The notes below the pieces were generated by a model that was not told the origin of the DNA, did no database searches, and was given only the letters and a program-made list of their open reading frames with translations. From Macrostomum lignano (Eukaryota), in assembly GCA_002269645.1 (NCBI GenBank), contig NIVC01000136.1, forward strand, positions 248,001-312,000: a DNA stretch of 64,000 nt, read 5' to 3'. Each line of letters begins with the position of its first letter. Within the stretch, counting starts at the first letter, position 1. Below are positions 37,130 to 50,459 of this stretch, piece after piece. The position numbers and the translations under genes were made by a program.

Positions 37130-38289
37130 GTTTAACAGTTTCACACTTTCACACGCTGCTTCACGTTGGTGAATGATGCCTTGACAGCCACTCTGTAGTC
37201 AAACACGCACTCCACTTTACGAAGTTCCTGCATAGCCGCCAATTTTCAGCAAAGTTGGGTAGAAGTCGCCTTTAGAGGTGCAAAATCCCCACACCGGTCG
37301 AGATCCTTCCTGCTTCTCATAGCTTCTGCATCCTGAATCATCTGCACCAATCCCGGATCCGGCCTTATCCTCTCCTCATCGATGATGTGGCCCAGGAACT
37401 TCAAACTGCTGGCCTTCATAATGCACTTCGCTTTGTTGATTTTCACATTAGCCTCTCTCAGATTGTCCAGCATTTTCTCTCCGATATTCTAAAGCTCCGC
37501 CTTCGACACCGCTCCCACGAGCACATCGTCCTAATTTACGATGACACTTAGGTTGCTCACCCAGCAGCTTCTTCATCTCGCGCTGAAACACCGACGAAGA
37601 CACTTTGATGCCGTACGGCAGCCTGTTAAAACGGTAGCAGCCGAAAGGTGTGTTGATGGTGGTGATATTCTTTGACTCATTTTTCAGCGGAACCTGGTAG
37701 TAAGCGTTAGACAAGTTCACTCGGCATAACAACATCATCTTGTTTGCCGTGTTTGAGAATGCTGTCTCGATTGACGGAATCAGATACGTCTGATCCTGCA
37801 CCCACTTATTGACGACAGTTTAGTCTCTGCAGATCCTCACGGACATCTTGTCGGACTTCACCGTCACTACTATGGGGCTGGCCCACTTTTCAACAGGATC
37901 TCGCGAACTGCTCCCTTGATGACCAACAAGCTCTCGTAACTGTTGCTGCTGGACAGCTTGGCTTCATTTGAATGGTGAGCAGGCAGCGAGCTGAGCAGAT
38001 CTCAGCTGAGTAATCCAAGTTCTGCTAGTCTTCAATGACGGGCAGCTCCGCCGCAACGAAGCGGTCATCAGGGCCGCCAGTCTTCACCAGGCACTCCAGC
38101 ATGCCGAGCTGCTTCATAGCATGCGCGTCGCACGCCAGCATTTAGTTTAGTTTAGTTTAGTTTTGTTTTGTTTTGTTTTGTTTACTTTTTTAAGTTTTGT
38201 TTTGCTTTGTTTTGTTTTGTTTTGTTTTGTTTTGTTTTGTTTTGTTTTGTTTTGTTTTGTTTTGTTTTGTTTTGTTTTGTTTTGTTTTG

Positions 38290-38320
<31 letters not shown>

Positions 38321-38960
38321 TTATTTTATTTTGTTTTGTTTTGTTTTGTTTTGTTTTGTTTTGTTTTGTTTTGTTTTGTTTTGTTTTGTTTTATTTTGTT
38401 TTGTTTTGTTTTGTTTTGTTTTGTTTTGTTTTGTTTTGTTTTGTTTTGTTTTGTTTTGTTTTGTTTTGTTTTGTTTTGTTTTGTTTTGTTTTGTTTTGTT
38501 TTGTTTTGTTTTGTTTTGTTTTGTTTTGTTTTGTTTTGTTTTGTTTTGTTTTGTTTTGTTTTGTTTTGTTTTGTTTAGCACCTGCCAGATCTATTTTTGG
38601 CACCTGCTGGCTAGCAGGCAATGCCTGATGCAACGCAGGGACCTCTTCAGCTTGGCCAGAGGCGGTCAGTGGCACAACAAGGACGACTAAAGTAACGTAT
38701 ATTATCTACTTAAGTAGTCCTTGTGGCACAGCTAAAATTTTTCTTACCATCTGAAGTTGCCGCACGTACTCGGTGATCTGACCCACGGACAACTCTATTG
38801 AGACTTTGCTCCGGAGCTGCTGTTCGCTGAGGCCGTCAGTGAGACGCATTCTGATCAGTTGCTCAGCTTGATCGACATTCTCGCCCCTCAGCCTCTCGAA
38901 TTCGCAGACCACCGCCTGCTCTCAAAGTCGGGGATCGAAACCGACAACCGTCTCGCCCTC
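37130..38960 (-). mobile_element. Second, more deleted copy of gypsy family 1 (RT fragment, protease end, gag fragment) interrupted by a microsatellite
   Basis: MQDQTYLIPSIETAFSN and LKFLGHIIDEERIRPDPG match the 3042-3810 fragments. Gag-like LIRMRLTDGL at 38706-38912. Confidence 0.85.
38143..38577. repeat. (TTTAG)n/(TTTTG)n pentanucleotide microsatellite
   Basis: Tandem repeat read directly. Confidence 0.97.
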
Positions 38961-41288
38961 ATGCATGGACATGAAAGCCGCTCGTTTGGCATATGACAGC
39001 CTCCTTTTGGGTTTTAGAGGCGTCACGAGGTTGGTTCACAGTTTTATTCAATAATAAAAAAGCTCATGAGGTTTCGTCTGCAGAGAGAGACAGGATGCAT
39101 TCAGAATGGATTTTTGTAGTGAAGAGCTAAGGCTGTTGATTGCTGCATTGCTGAATGTGATGCATAGCTGCATCAGTGTGTGTATTGCAAGTGCATTTTA
39201 GGCGATCAGTAGCTTCACAATTTCATAAAAGATGAAGCAGCCGCCGAAAACTCGTAGCCTATTTAATGCTCTATGAAATCAAATTTTTAATAAAGGTGAA
39301 ACCAATGCGCTCTGACTGCAGGACAAACATTCAGAACGTTGATCTATCTCTGACATGAGGCCAAATCTTTTGAGTGTACTGCAGGGTGCATTTCTTCTTG
39401 CACTGGTATTCAAATTTAGGCTCGGGTTTATAATAGTATAACCTGGTGAGACAAGTTGAATATTTTAGTAAATTCATTTTTAGGAGCGTCAGCACCCAGA
39501 AATGTTGGTTAAAATTGTTGGGATATGGACTTTTTAGCCAATTGAAAGAGGTGAAAATGCGTACAAAAATAGATAATAGGAGAATTGAGGATGGCGAGTA
39601 AAAGTAGTATGGTTGGAAAGTTTTGAGTGAAAGATGATCACGTTGATAATTTTGAAATTTCGATGCAATGGGATAATGGAGGCTGTGAAGGTATATTTAT
39701 CCCTTAAAATGATTGATTGGTAGATTAGCAGTAGGAATTCGAAGCTTCTTCCGCTCGTCGAGCTACTCAGACGGGAATCCCCGGCGATTTACTTTGCTGC
39801 ACCAGTGCGGAGCAACGCAGGAAAAGTCAATTCAAGACAATGTGCTCAAATTTTGTTGTGCACCTTCTCCAACAACAATAAAGTCAGCAGCCTTCTGGAA
39901 CGTCAAAGTATTCAACGATTCTGCCAGAAATTAGCAATCAATGTTTTCTATAAGCGCCAGTGAATTCAATACTCCACTGTGCGCCAATCAGCACTGCGTC
40001 TCGGTGTGACCTCCCTATTTTATCGGAACGTCAAACACATGTCTGCAACAGCTCTGGCTTAGATGGTAATTGGAATGTACACTGGCTGAGCGTCTGGATC
40101 TTTAACATGGGCACCGGGTGTCTATTGACACAGTACTGCGAATTTCTGTGACGGCTTTGATCAAGCCTCCACGGAGGGCAAACCTGAATTTCTCGGTGTC
40201 CTCACCTGGTTTCTCAGGCATTCGTTCATCGCAGACACACATGAAATCAAGTATAATTTACTCTTTTTATTAAACAATCTACTATTTGCTAAACAATGTT
40301 CCTACACGTGTAAGTAGTAAATTTTGTTTAGTTTGCAGTATTTCGTGTCGTAATTTAGCGCTATTTTTCCTTTTTTGCTTCGATAGTTTATATTACTCGA
40401 TGTTGAGTAACACTCGAAATGTATGTCAGTGAATTCAATGCTGTTCTGCAATTTTTTAATGCTAAAATACAATAATATGAGCAAATGCTTATTTACAGAA
40501 GAGATTTATGCAAAAAGTTAAGAGATTCAGAAATATGATGAAATCTCTATCCGGTGTCAAGACGATGGCAGTTGCCTGGCTGCCACCCGTTCAAGAAGTC
40601 CACGGCGTCACCTGATGACGGATTGCTTGAGGGTTTTGCTGAGGAGGTCCAGTCGTTGAGGTTTCTCATTATTGAAACTCTCATAAAATGAGAGTCATAG
40701 GGACTATTGGAAGAATCCGGAAAAACTGTCCAGCAAGGAACAAATCCCAGCTTCGAAGTTTCATATCAAAAGCAAACTGGCTTTCGCAAGAAACCAGCAT
40801 TGCATAGAATTACCTAAAAGTCAATACACAAGAAAACACTGCGCGTGCTGCACACTGAATAAATATGAAAACACAGACTTGGACACAGTTCGCATTGCAG
40901 ACTGCAAAAGCAAAGCCCCAAAACTTCCGAAAGGTCATACAGCATAAACAGAATGTCCCGCATCAAGGCAGGTAGAATTGATGCGCTGCATGGCGCAAAG
41001 GCTGCGAGTGACGCATGCAGTGCCTCGGGATTCCAGACACTGTCTGGCAGTGATAAAAGTGCATTTAGTCACGAGATTCTGGCCAACCGAATCCCCAGCT
41101 GAGGCAAACAGTCTGATGCAAATCCCAAACCGCGTTACGCGTCTGGAATGCGAAGTGCAGCCTGCAGTCACGTGAAATTTATCCGATGGGCAGGGAATGC
41201 TTCTTCTGTAAATAAATGCAGCCATTTTACAGAATGCAGCTGCAATCCTCAGCTTACCGATACAACAACGAAAGGTGAACTTGACTCG

Positions 41289-44200
41289 ATGCAGCTCTTT
41301 CAGTTGCGAGTTTCTGCAGCGTTGGCTCTGCTGCTCTGCTCGCTGGCAGCCGGCCAGGTCTCCCAGTGCGCTCCCGCTGACTCTCCGCGGCTCCGCTTCG
41401 TGGCGCAGCTCAGCGTGAACGGCTGCGCGCTGTTCGTGCACGACACGGGAGCGAGCGACGGTCCGCACTTGGCAGTCGAGCCGCTCATGTGCGTGACGGA
41501 CAGCGTGAGAGGCATTGTTCCCCAATTCGACTTCATCACACAGCAGCTGTACTTCAGCGTTCCTGTATTGATGAGGGATGCTGGAATGCTCGCAGAGGCT
41601 CAGCGTCAACTGCGGCATCTGTCACCGAGGTCTGTGAGCTTCGCCACGGTGACCAACATCAGCGTCTCAGCCGACACCCGCTCATCGGTTGGGGTTTTGG
41701 GCTTCCTGTGGACTCCGGATGAGTCAGTAGCCACTCTGAGACTTGGCTTTGGAGAGAACATTCGATATGAAACTCTACATCCCGAAAACATTGTTCTAAG
41801 ACTTCTGAATATCGACTCAATGAGAACCTTCCTAAATCAAAATACCCAGATGCAGAGTCGAGAAAACAATGAAAATTCAACAATCGATGCTCTTAAAAGG
41901 GTGAAGCTCTCAGCTACTCTTCTGTCGAATGGTTGTTTCCATGAGGCTCAGAGCCGCGTCATGCTGCAAAACGACAGCTTCATTGATGTCAGCGTGTACA
42001 AGCAAAAATTCTTACCCGCGTGCCGACAGCTGCGGTTCAATCGGTACGTCAATCTCGAGAACTGCTCTGCTCGAGTGCACCAGAGACTCGACATTGAGGG
42101 CCACTTCCTTATCGAGCCTCTGCTGTGCCACAACATCTCCAGCTTGAGCAGCGAGTCAGTCAGGTATGACTACAGCCGAGACATGCACTACCTGAAGCTG
42201 GATCTGGTGCTGCAAGATGAGGCCACACGCGATGCTGTGAGGACTCAGTTGGCCGACTTGTCGCCTCGCTCGGTCGACTTCATGCGGCTGTGGACTGCTG
42301 AGAGATCGGTGAGCTCTTCGTTGAGTGCTCGGTTCGAGGTGGGTCCGCTGATGGCGTCGGCAGACTGGAGGTCCGCTCAGCTGCGGCTGCTCTGCGGAAA
42401 CTTGATGGAGTGCCGCGATCTCAGGTTGGCTGACATTTTGTTATAGGTTGAAACCTTTGAAGACTTTATCTTTCGTTTACCGTGATTTTATATTTTATAC
42501 TTTTGCTTTCGAGCTGCTCTTCTCTGAACAAGTCATTATGAGTTTTGTAGTGAGATTAAGAAAACTTTTTAGTATCAGTTTGGAAGAAGAGTAAATTTAA
42601 GTCTGTAAGTTTCAGGTGGCCCGAATTTATGACGTAAAAAACACACAAGCACAAATAGCATAGTTTTATAGTTTATGAAATAATTGCATGTAAGCGGCAT
42701 CATTACTATTTACCACATATACCCAGACTATAATATTTTACATTATTTACCATTACTTGCTTTCGACGCCGCTTGCTTGTTTGACTTTATCTATTTATTT
42801 ATTCTTAGCACTGTGCCGTTTACAAAAAACAATTGACGACTTCCAGGGCTGCTGTGCTGGCGGAGCCCGCTGACCTGTGGCGACACGTGCAGTGGCGGGG
42901 GACTTCGCTGGTTGCTGAGCAGTGCCTCCTAAAGTCCAACCGAATCACTTCATCATGGAGAATGAAGCCATCTGAAGATACAGTCAGCTGCTCCAGTCTG
43001 AAGTCCTGCGCCAGGCTGCAATGCGCCTCTGCTCAACGCACAGCGAACTCTTCCAGTGCGGTTCAACTGCAGCCAGACGGTCGCTGCTTCCTGAAGATTC
43101 AGCAGCGACTTACTGGCAGAGTGAGCTTCCAACGAAACTGGACTGAGTACGAGACTGGCTTCGGTGACGGCACTGACTTCTGGATCGGTGAGTGGCTTGT
43201 CAATTGGTGTGCGTCAGGAACCGAAGCAGGTCTTATCAACTGCCATAGGAGTGTCATTTAGGCCGGACAATCAATAACGTTCGCTGGTTGGGGGCTCTAT
43301 CAATTTTAGCTTAACTTTTTTCTTTTTTTCTGGTGAGCGGCTTCTTTCATCGATTTTTCATATTGCGTGTCAGGAATGGAAGCAGATCTTGTGCACTTAT
43401 TAGCAGAAGGCTAGTTGACTAATTCTAAGTGAATGGTGGAATGCATTCAATTGATGGAGGGGTTTGAAGGATTGCTCAGCTGGATAAAAATGTTCAGTTA
43501 ACGTTGCGTCATAAGCTGGGTGATGCTCAATTTTGTATTGGCGTTGCGAGGTCTTGTGCGGCTTCAGTAAAACTTCTTTTTTCATGGAGTGCACCAAAAA
43601 GATGAGACCGATGAGACGCTTTTTTCATTCTTAGATCGAGGAGAGACCTGAATACATGCTTCCCCATAATTTTGAGGGAAACAGGAATATTGAGCTGCAT
43701 TTTTTTCAATGAAATCCAAAGTATTACGAAGGAGTTTTGTTGTTAAAGATTCGCTAGTAGTTCATTTAGTATAGCTCGCAGACCAAGCATTAAGCACAGC
43801 TGCTACAGTTGACCCATACATTGTGCAAGAAACAATTCAGATTTGCTGCATGCAATAATCTGAAGAAAGACTCGTCGTAGGCGTCACAGGGAAAAAAAGC
43901 CTGTTTGAGGTTGAAGGCGAAGATCCGCAGGCTCTTCCTGTTTGAGGTTGAAGGCGAAGATTCGCAGGTTTGCTGAGAGAGCTGCTGCTGGCTTCATGCA
44001 CAGTTTTGTGACGACTGCTTTACTCTGGTTGCTGTCATCTGTTTGCGCTTGTGCCAATCATGAGCAGCGCTCTCACGCCGACTGCTTTTCTCTGGTTGCT
44101 GTCATCTGTTTGCGCTTGTGCCAATCATGAGCAGCGCTCTCATGCCGACGCGCTCCTTTGTCAGTGAAACCAAATTGTTTCTGTCAAAGCGCACTCGTTT

Positions 44201-45154
44201 AGTCAACTGCGCGCTCGGGTCCCAAAAAATATTCAGACGACGCGTTTGAGTATTCCACCAGTTCAGCCCTGCAATTATGAATTGGGATGTTGCATTTTTT
44301 ATAAGAACGCCACCTCGAATTTTTTAATTGAATGGCAGCATTTGCATCCCCAAACAGGACACCAGCCCACGCACGCAGAGCCAAGCACTCCCCCCATCTG
44401 TCCGCGCTCTGTTGGGGGAGGGAGAACGAAACCAAAATGACACTAGCAGGACAAAGGAGTAAAACTTGGTTAGGGACTTGTCGAAGCCATTCACAGACCA
44501 GCATATACTCGCCTACAATCCTATATACATAAATGATGACCCGCTCTTAAGTATATTCAATGTTGAAACTCTGAGCTTTCAAAGAAAGGCCAGTCTGAGT
44601 TGAGGAGCAAAAAGACCGTCCAGCTGAAACATCACCAGCTTTCAAGTTGGCTGCATAAGCAGAGGTCATTTGCGCATTAATCCAGATTTTCAGCACAAGA
44701 CATGTTAAACGCTTAACATAATTTATATGCACTTTTGTTATGCAACACCTTTTGCGTGTTCATCAGCATCCGAATTTCGACTTACCTGGCAGCAGCGGCG
44801 ACTAGCCGAGCAGAAGTGACTCAGACTCAGCCGCTGTCCTCCCGCAGGTATCGGATGACGTACCGAGAGATGCTGAGGCACAGGTCCAGTGCCAGCTTTG
44901 ACGTTTTGGAGCGCAGCAAAGCCACGCAGTTCTCCACGATGGACAGGGACAATATCAAAGAAAGAAGTCCTTTATGCTTCAAGTCTATAGGAAAGAGAGC
45001 CTGGTGGTTTGACAGCTGCTACTACTTCAACCCTAATGGAATTTTCCCTACGCGAGAAACAGTAGATTTTAGATATACTTTTAGGTATATGAGCTGGCGG
45101 CATGGCTCTGCCCGTCTGTCTTTTCGTGAAGTGCGGCTGATGCTGCAGATTTGA
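41289..45154 (+). pseudogene. FReP unit D: exons 41289..42424 and 42847..43187 intact; exon 3 (44848..45154) has a 124-nt deletion, giving ...WIGIG* (495 aa if expressed)
   Basis: The acceptor cccgcag|GT is followed directly by ATCGGATGA. Relative to unit B, 16537-16660 is missing, with GGT microhomology. The downstream FBG sequence remains open in another frame. Confidence 0.8.
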
Positions 45155-45619
45155 GCATCAAAACTTGAGCAACTCAGTGGCCCACTCTGTTGACTCAAAT
45201 ACAGATTTTTCAGACTCTAGCTAGCCTGCTGGTATTTAATAATTTAAAAATATTATTTCAAAGTCTCCCTGATTGCAAGAGTTTTGCTGACTGAAAAAAC
45301 TCGAGCGCAAAAAAACTGTGAAACTTACAATTTTTTGTAAGTTTAAACTCAATAAACTCATTTTACGTTTTCAACAATCAGCGTATTGGGAAGGGCGAAC
45401 TATCGTAAGTCTGGAAATCTGTGTAACTCAAACGCAGAGATTTTGTTCGCAAATTTCTTTTCATCTTTAATTTTTTACACACGAATTTCTCACATATTGA
45501 AGCATCAGCTGAAAGCCTCAACGTTGTTGCTATAAGCGCATGAGTTTTTTCTGAAGTCTTGCTTTTCTGATACTGATAAATTCCCTATAGATGCCTGTGA
45601 TTTGAGCCTATGTAAAGTG

Positions 45620-45785
45620 CTGTTTCTGCTGTCTGTTCTTTCAGTATTGTGCTGTCTGATCTATCAGTATCGTGCTGTCTGATCTATCAGTATCGTGCTG
45701 TCTGATCTATCAGTATTGTGCTGTCTGTTCTATCAGTATTGTGCTGTCTGTTCTATCAGTATTGTGCTGTCTGTTCTATCATTAG
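45620..45785. repeat. Short 23-bp satellite array left of the tyrosine-recombinase element
   Basis: Tandem repeat read directly. Confidence 0.93.
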
Positions 45786-48700
45786 TGCTTCCAGCAACAA
45801 AGGCAATAAAAACGCGAACTTGGCACAGAAACGAAGCAGGCCTCCAAAGCCAAACACAACGGGGGATAAGAGCAGCAGCTAGGCATTGAGCAAAAAACAA
45901 ATCAGCGGGAAGAGCACCGTCAAAAATGAGCACTAAGGGCGGAAGAAATATGCAGAGAAGCCGCAGCAGTGGCAACACCCGAGTGGGGCAAGTACCGCTC
46001 CACCGCCGAACTCTTCCAGTTGCCGATCCGCTGGATCTCCGCCACTGGCAGGCCCATGCGAGCTGCCCAGGTAGCCCCACCTCGACGCAGGCTGTGAGCC
46101 GAGTAGAGCTTGCCGCCACACCCAGCCCTCTGCAGCTTAGAGTCAAGAAACCGGTCCAAGTCCCGAGCAGCTAGATGGCGCCGCTGTCCATTACAATCGA
46201 TGAAGGACCAGAGTGGCGCCTCGGCCATCGCCAGCTTGTTGACACACAGATGTCGGCGAATCGCCTTTACCGGGCAGAGCGCGGGGCAGGCGGGGAACTT
46301 CAGAAGCAGGACGTAGTGGACTCGATCTCGGAACTGAATAGTCTTGCCAAAGTCCACGCTTAAGAGGAGGCCGCAACGGTGAGGTGTCAGATTTTGCTCC
46401 TTCATCCCACTACCCAACTGAGGCGACGATAGAAGGAAATGATGATTTTCGCAGCACTGATGGTGACCGCCCAGCAGGCCAGTTGCCGATTGTCGCCCTT
46501 GTCAACCAGAGACCAAAGCTTTTGCAGCACCGACGGAGACATTGGTAGCTTCTGGTTGACCTGAAGCCCTAGCGCTTGCTTGCAGCCCCGCAGCAGATGC
46601 TGGGTGAGGGTGTGCTTCGTCAGGTCCTGAGTGCCGTTCAGCCGAAACCACAGTGAAAGCGAGCTGACGTGACCGCGAACGCTACTGTAGGCTCGCAGGC
46701 GCGTGCCCGTGAGGCCAGCCACGTAGTTTAGCAGCGTGGACACAGTACACCCGGCGGGGTCGAGTCCCTTGGCTGAGCAGTACGCGCGCCAGGACCGCAC
46801 GTGTGAGCTGATGGCGCTTTTCGAGCGGGCCGCGTTGGAGGAACCGAGTAGTTCACGGGTTCGGTGGCTGAGGTGGTCTGGCGCAGTCTGGCGACCTGAA
46901 AACGGAGAAAAGCGGATGTGGCAGCAGAAAGCGTGTGCCGGGAAAGCGAGCAATTGGTAAGACGCATCAATGAGCCATAATAGCGCAGCAAAAATTCAAC
47001 AACTGACTGCCCTCGTGCAGCCGAGACGCGGCGTCAGCAAAAATTTGAAACGGCCCTGGCACATGGTAAGCACGCAGCTGAATGTTCTGACGAATGCAAA
47101 GCAGCGCCACCGTCTGCAACAGCCTCAACACCAGAGGGCACTTGGAGACCCCATTGTTGATAATACAGCACGCTGCCATATTATCGCAGTAGATGCACAG
47201 CCGACAGTTGTGCAGGCGGTCCCGCCACGACAGCAACGCCATCAGAGGCATCACAGCCTCCTTGTAATTGATAGGCAGATCCCGAAAAACAGCATCCGCG
47301 TCGAGATCCCAATTAACGTACCGCCAGTCACTCACGCCCCCGGCAACCGCAGCACGGCTGCGCCGCCCACCAGGCAGGCGTCCGACTCGATCGCGGCATC
47401 GAAGTCGCCATTGAACCAGAGAGTCTTCCACCTTTGAGCTAGCAGAGCAGACTTCCACCAGCGCAGCTGACTACGCAGGGCCGCATCCATCTCATCTTGC
47501 TGTCCGACGGCCAAATTGTTAGAGCGCGAAATCAGGTCCTGAAGAAAGGGGCGACCGCATTCGATCACCTGCGAAGCCCACACCAGCCTGCCGATGATCT
47601 GCTGTAAACTTTGCTTGCTGATGCGATCCTTGGCAGCAGCATCGTCCAGTTGCCCTAAAAGTTTCTCCACTTTCTCGTCTGAAAGCCGCTTCAGGCCCTT
47701 GACGGTGTCGAGCTCCACACCGAGAAACGTCATCCTTTGCGAAGGCCGCTGACACTTCGTCCAATTCACGGTGAAGCCCAGTCTGGTCATTAGCGACGTC
47801 AACATATTAAAGAAGGCCTCGCACTCGTTTTGCAAACCGCAAAAGGCAAAATCGTCCAGATAGGCCTCAGTATTGACGAAGCCGCGGTGCACAATCATCA
47901 ACTTGACCGCCTCGCTTAGATGATAGAAAGCCGTGACGAAAGCAGCAGCACCAAATGGCAGGCGCGTGTCCACTATGTAGGTGTGGCAAGCATCGCTACC
48001 TAGCCGAAACTTCAAAACGGTAAACTTTTGGTCGTCAGGATGGATCCCACATGAACGATAGGCTTCGCTTAGATCGACCTTGCACATAAAGTAATTCTTC
48101 TTAAGCCTCTTAGCAAAGTTCTGGACACAGGTGAAACGCAGTCTCTGCTCGCTCTCGTAAGCGGAGTTGACAGACTTCCCTTGCGGCCGGCTGCAGTCAT
48201 GGATTAAGCGAACGCCACCGTTGGACTTCGGCAGCGCACCAAGGGCGCTGACTATGCGAGGTTTGTCACCAGCAGCACAGCGACGATAACGACCGAGACG
48301 AAGCTCGTTAGCAATCTGACGCGCAACCCTGTCATGGTGCTTAAAAACCGATGAGTAGTTTGCCACTTCAACCAGCTCGTTGCCATGCATCTGACGATTG
48401 GTGATGCGAAAGCCACTAGCAACGCCATCAAGGATAAAAGCCATCCGACCGGGCGGGAGATCCAGCTTGGACAACTCCGCCTGCCAATCGGCCAGATTGA
48501 GATCAGAGGATAAAACAGGAGGAATAAAATTCGCGCTATGATCGAGTCAGTGCTGCGGTTTCTCCTCACCGCTCGATTCGTCGCGGTGGAAGGCTGCCGC
48601 AGAGTGCGCCAGGCCGCATCTTCGGCAGCGATGCAGGAACCGACAGCTCTTGCGTTCGCACCCGCGTATCCTGTTGTAGTCGAAGCAAACCAGTTGATTG

Positions 48701-49796
48701 CGCTTCTGGGCACCACCCCCCGATTGCTGCTTCTGGGGAGCCATGAGGTACGCCGCAACCAGACTCAGGTCCGAGCTGTGCGACTCCCACTTGCCATCAG
48801 TCGCTTGGCTGAGCCGGCACTCGTCATCAAATCTCATGACACGGCTCTTGTCGAAGCCCAGGTCCAACAACTCGCCAATGCGTGCGGTGTACCTGAGATA
48901 GTCTCTGAGCTCTGCCACATCCAATCGACCATGCTGATCCAATCTGACTAGACGCCCGTCAGTCAGCATCTGAAGCATCGCCTGCGCATTGCCCGTCACC
49001 CAATCGCCTAACGAACGCGCCTCGACCGCCACTTCTTTAGACTTACTCTGGCTTAGAAGACACTGCCTGCGCTTGCTGACGAAGTCAACGATTCGGTAGA
49101 CGCTACTGGTACTTCTCCCTGAGGCTCCCATGTTCTCATGCTGCTGCCCAACTTCATGCTGCACACATCCAGTTAGGAAATTTAGCAACTCACCCGGTAC
49201 ATCACGTGCCTCAGAACGGCCGACCCGTAGCTGCGCGAACTTGGATTCCAGCTGCGCTTCTTCTTTGCGCAGCTTCAGCAGACGGATCCGCTTCTCCGCC
49301 TCCAGCAGCTGTTCGTCCAGGCCGCCAGCCGCGCCAGACCCACCGTTCTCGACCTGTCGCCGATTTGGGGGGCTGCCCCCGCTGCTCGCTACCGCCGAGT
49401 TCTGCCCTGTAGCTCGCAGAATGGCCTGAACGGTCGTCAGCTCGTCACTCTCGACAGAGATCTCCACGTCTTGAATATGGGCGCGAAGCCTTTGGACTAG
49501 TTTTGTTTTGTTGCCAGAGGTTGGCAAACCAAGCTCCTTTAGTTTCCCTCGCAGGGCTGGCACAGTTGTGGGGACGGAATCGGCTGACTGGCTACGGTTG
49601 CGGTTCATGACTCAGCAAAAGTTTCCATTTCCAAGTCAAAAAAATTCACTGCGAGAAGGCAAAGTGAGCCGCAAGTAGAGCGCGACGGGGGTTTAAAAAC
49701 ACCCCTGCAACCCAAAGGGGGGGCAGGCGGCGATGTACAATCAACGCGCTGGGCACTAAAGCCGGTTTGTGCGCTTTCGCCGCACAAATCAGTCCA
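45786..49796 (-). mobile_element. Tyrosine-recombinase retrotransposon (DIRS order, Ngaro-like)
   Basis: ORF1 (48547..49608) has a SAP-like motif and a C-terminal CX7CX4CX3H-C2H region. RT (47332..48474): RLIHDCSRPQGKSVN, KVDLSEAYR, RLPFG, YLDDF. RNase H (46967..47458): YCDN...YHVPG...ADAASR. YR (46402..46953 + 45920..46417): HSLRRGGAT...GNWKSSAVERY. No methyltransferase domain. Confidence 0.92.
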
Positions 49797-50035
49797 GTAT
49801 TGTGCTGTCTGTTCTATCAGTATTGTGCTGTCTGTTCTATCAGTATTGTGCTATCTGTTCTATCAGTATTGTGCTGTCTGTTCTATCAGTATTGTGCTGT
49901 CTGTTCTATCAGTATTGTGCTGTCTGTTCTATCAGTATTGTGCTGTCTGTTCTATCAGTATTGTGCTGTCTGTTCTATCAGTATTGTGCTGTCTGTTCTA
50001 TCAGTATTGTGCTGTCTGTTTTTATCAGTTTTTAT
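49797..50035. repeat. 23-bp satellite array right of the tyrosine-recombinase element
   Basis: Tandem repeat read directly. Confidence 0.95.
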
Positions 50036-50459
50036 CAGCATCGGGCTCGTTGCCGTGAGAGGCAGGAGTTCAGCTCGACAGAAGCTCAGATATTCGACTG
50101 AATGAGCCCAACTGCAGCCATTCTGAACTGTGTGTCGTTTAGACTTGCCTACAATGAGTTACTCTTTGCACAGAGCGCTCAAGTTAACAATCAGGACAGG
50201 TACCACATACTTATTTGTCTTAGCTGTATGGGGGCTCCGGGCATCCGGATACGGCGGGAAGGCGTCGCCGCCCATTCCGCTAACCCCTGGCGACCACGGG
50301 CAGCTGGTGCTGCGGTGTCGCATAGGGAGATCCGGTGTTGCCGCTGTCTGCAGCGCGGTCCCCTTCCGGAGAGTCCAGTAGGTAGATGGTCGCTCTCCCG
50401 GTAGCCGGTAGCGAACGAGCTGGCAGAGATTCTCGGGTCTGAAAGCATCGGAGATGTCC

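Noticed and set aside
43400-43709. Possible hAT transposase C-terminal remnant (YPAEQSFKPLHQL)
   Set aside because: One short motif-like match in stop-ridden sequence; not supportable without a search.
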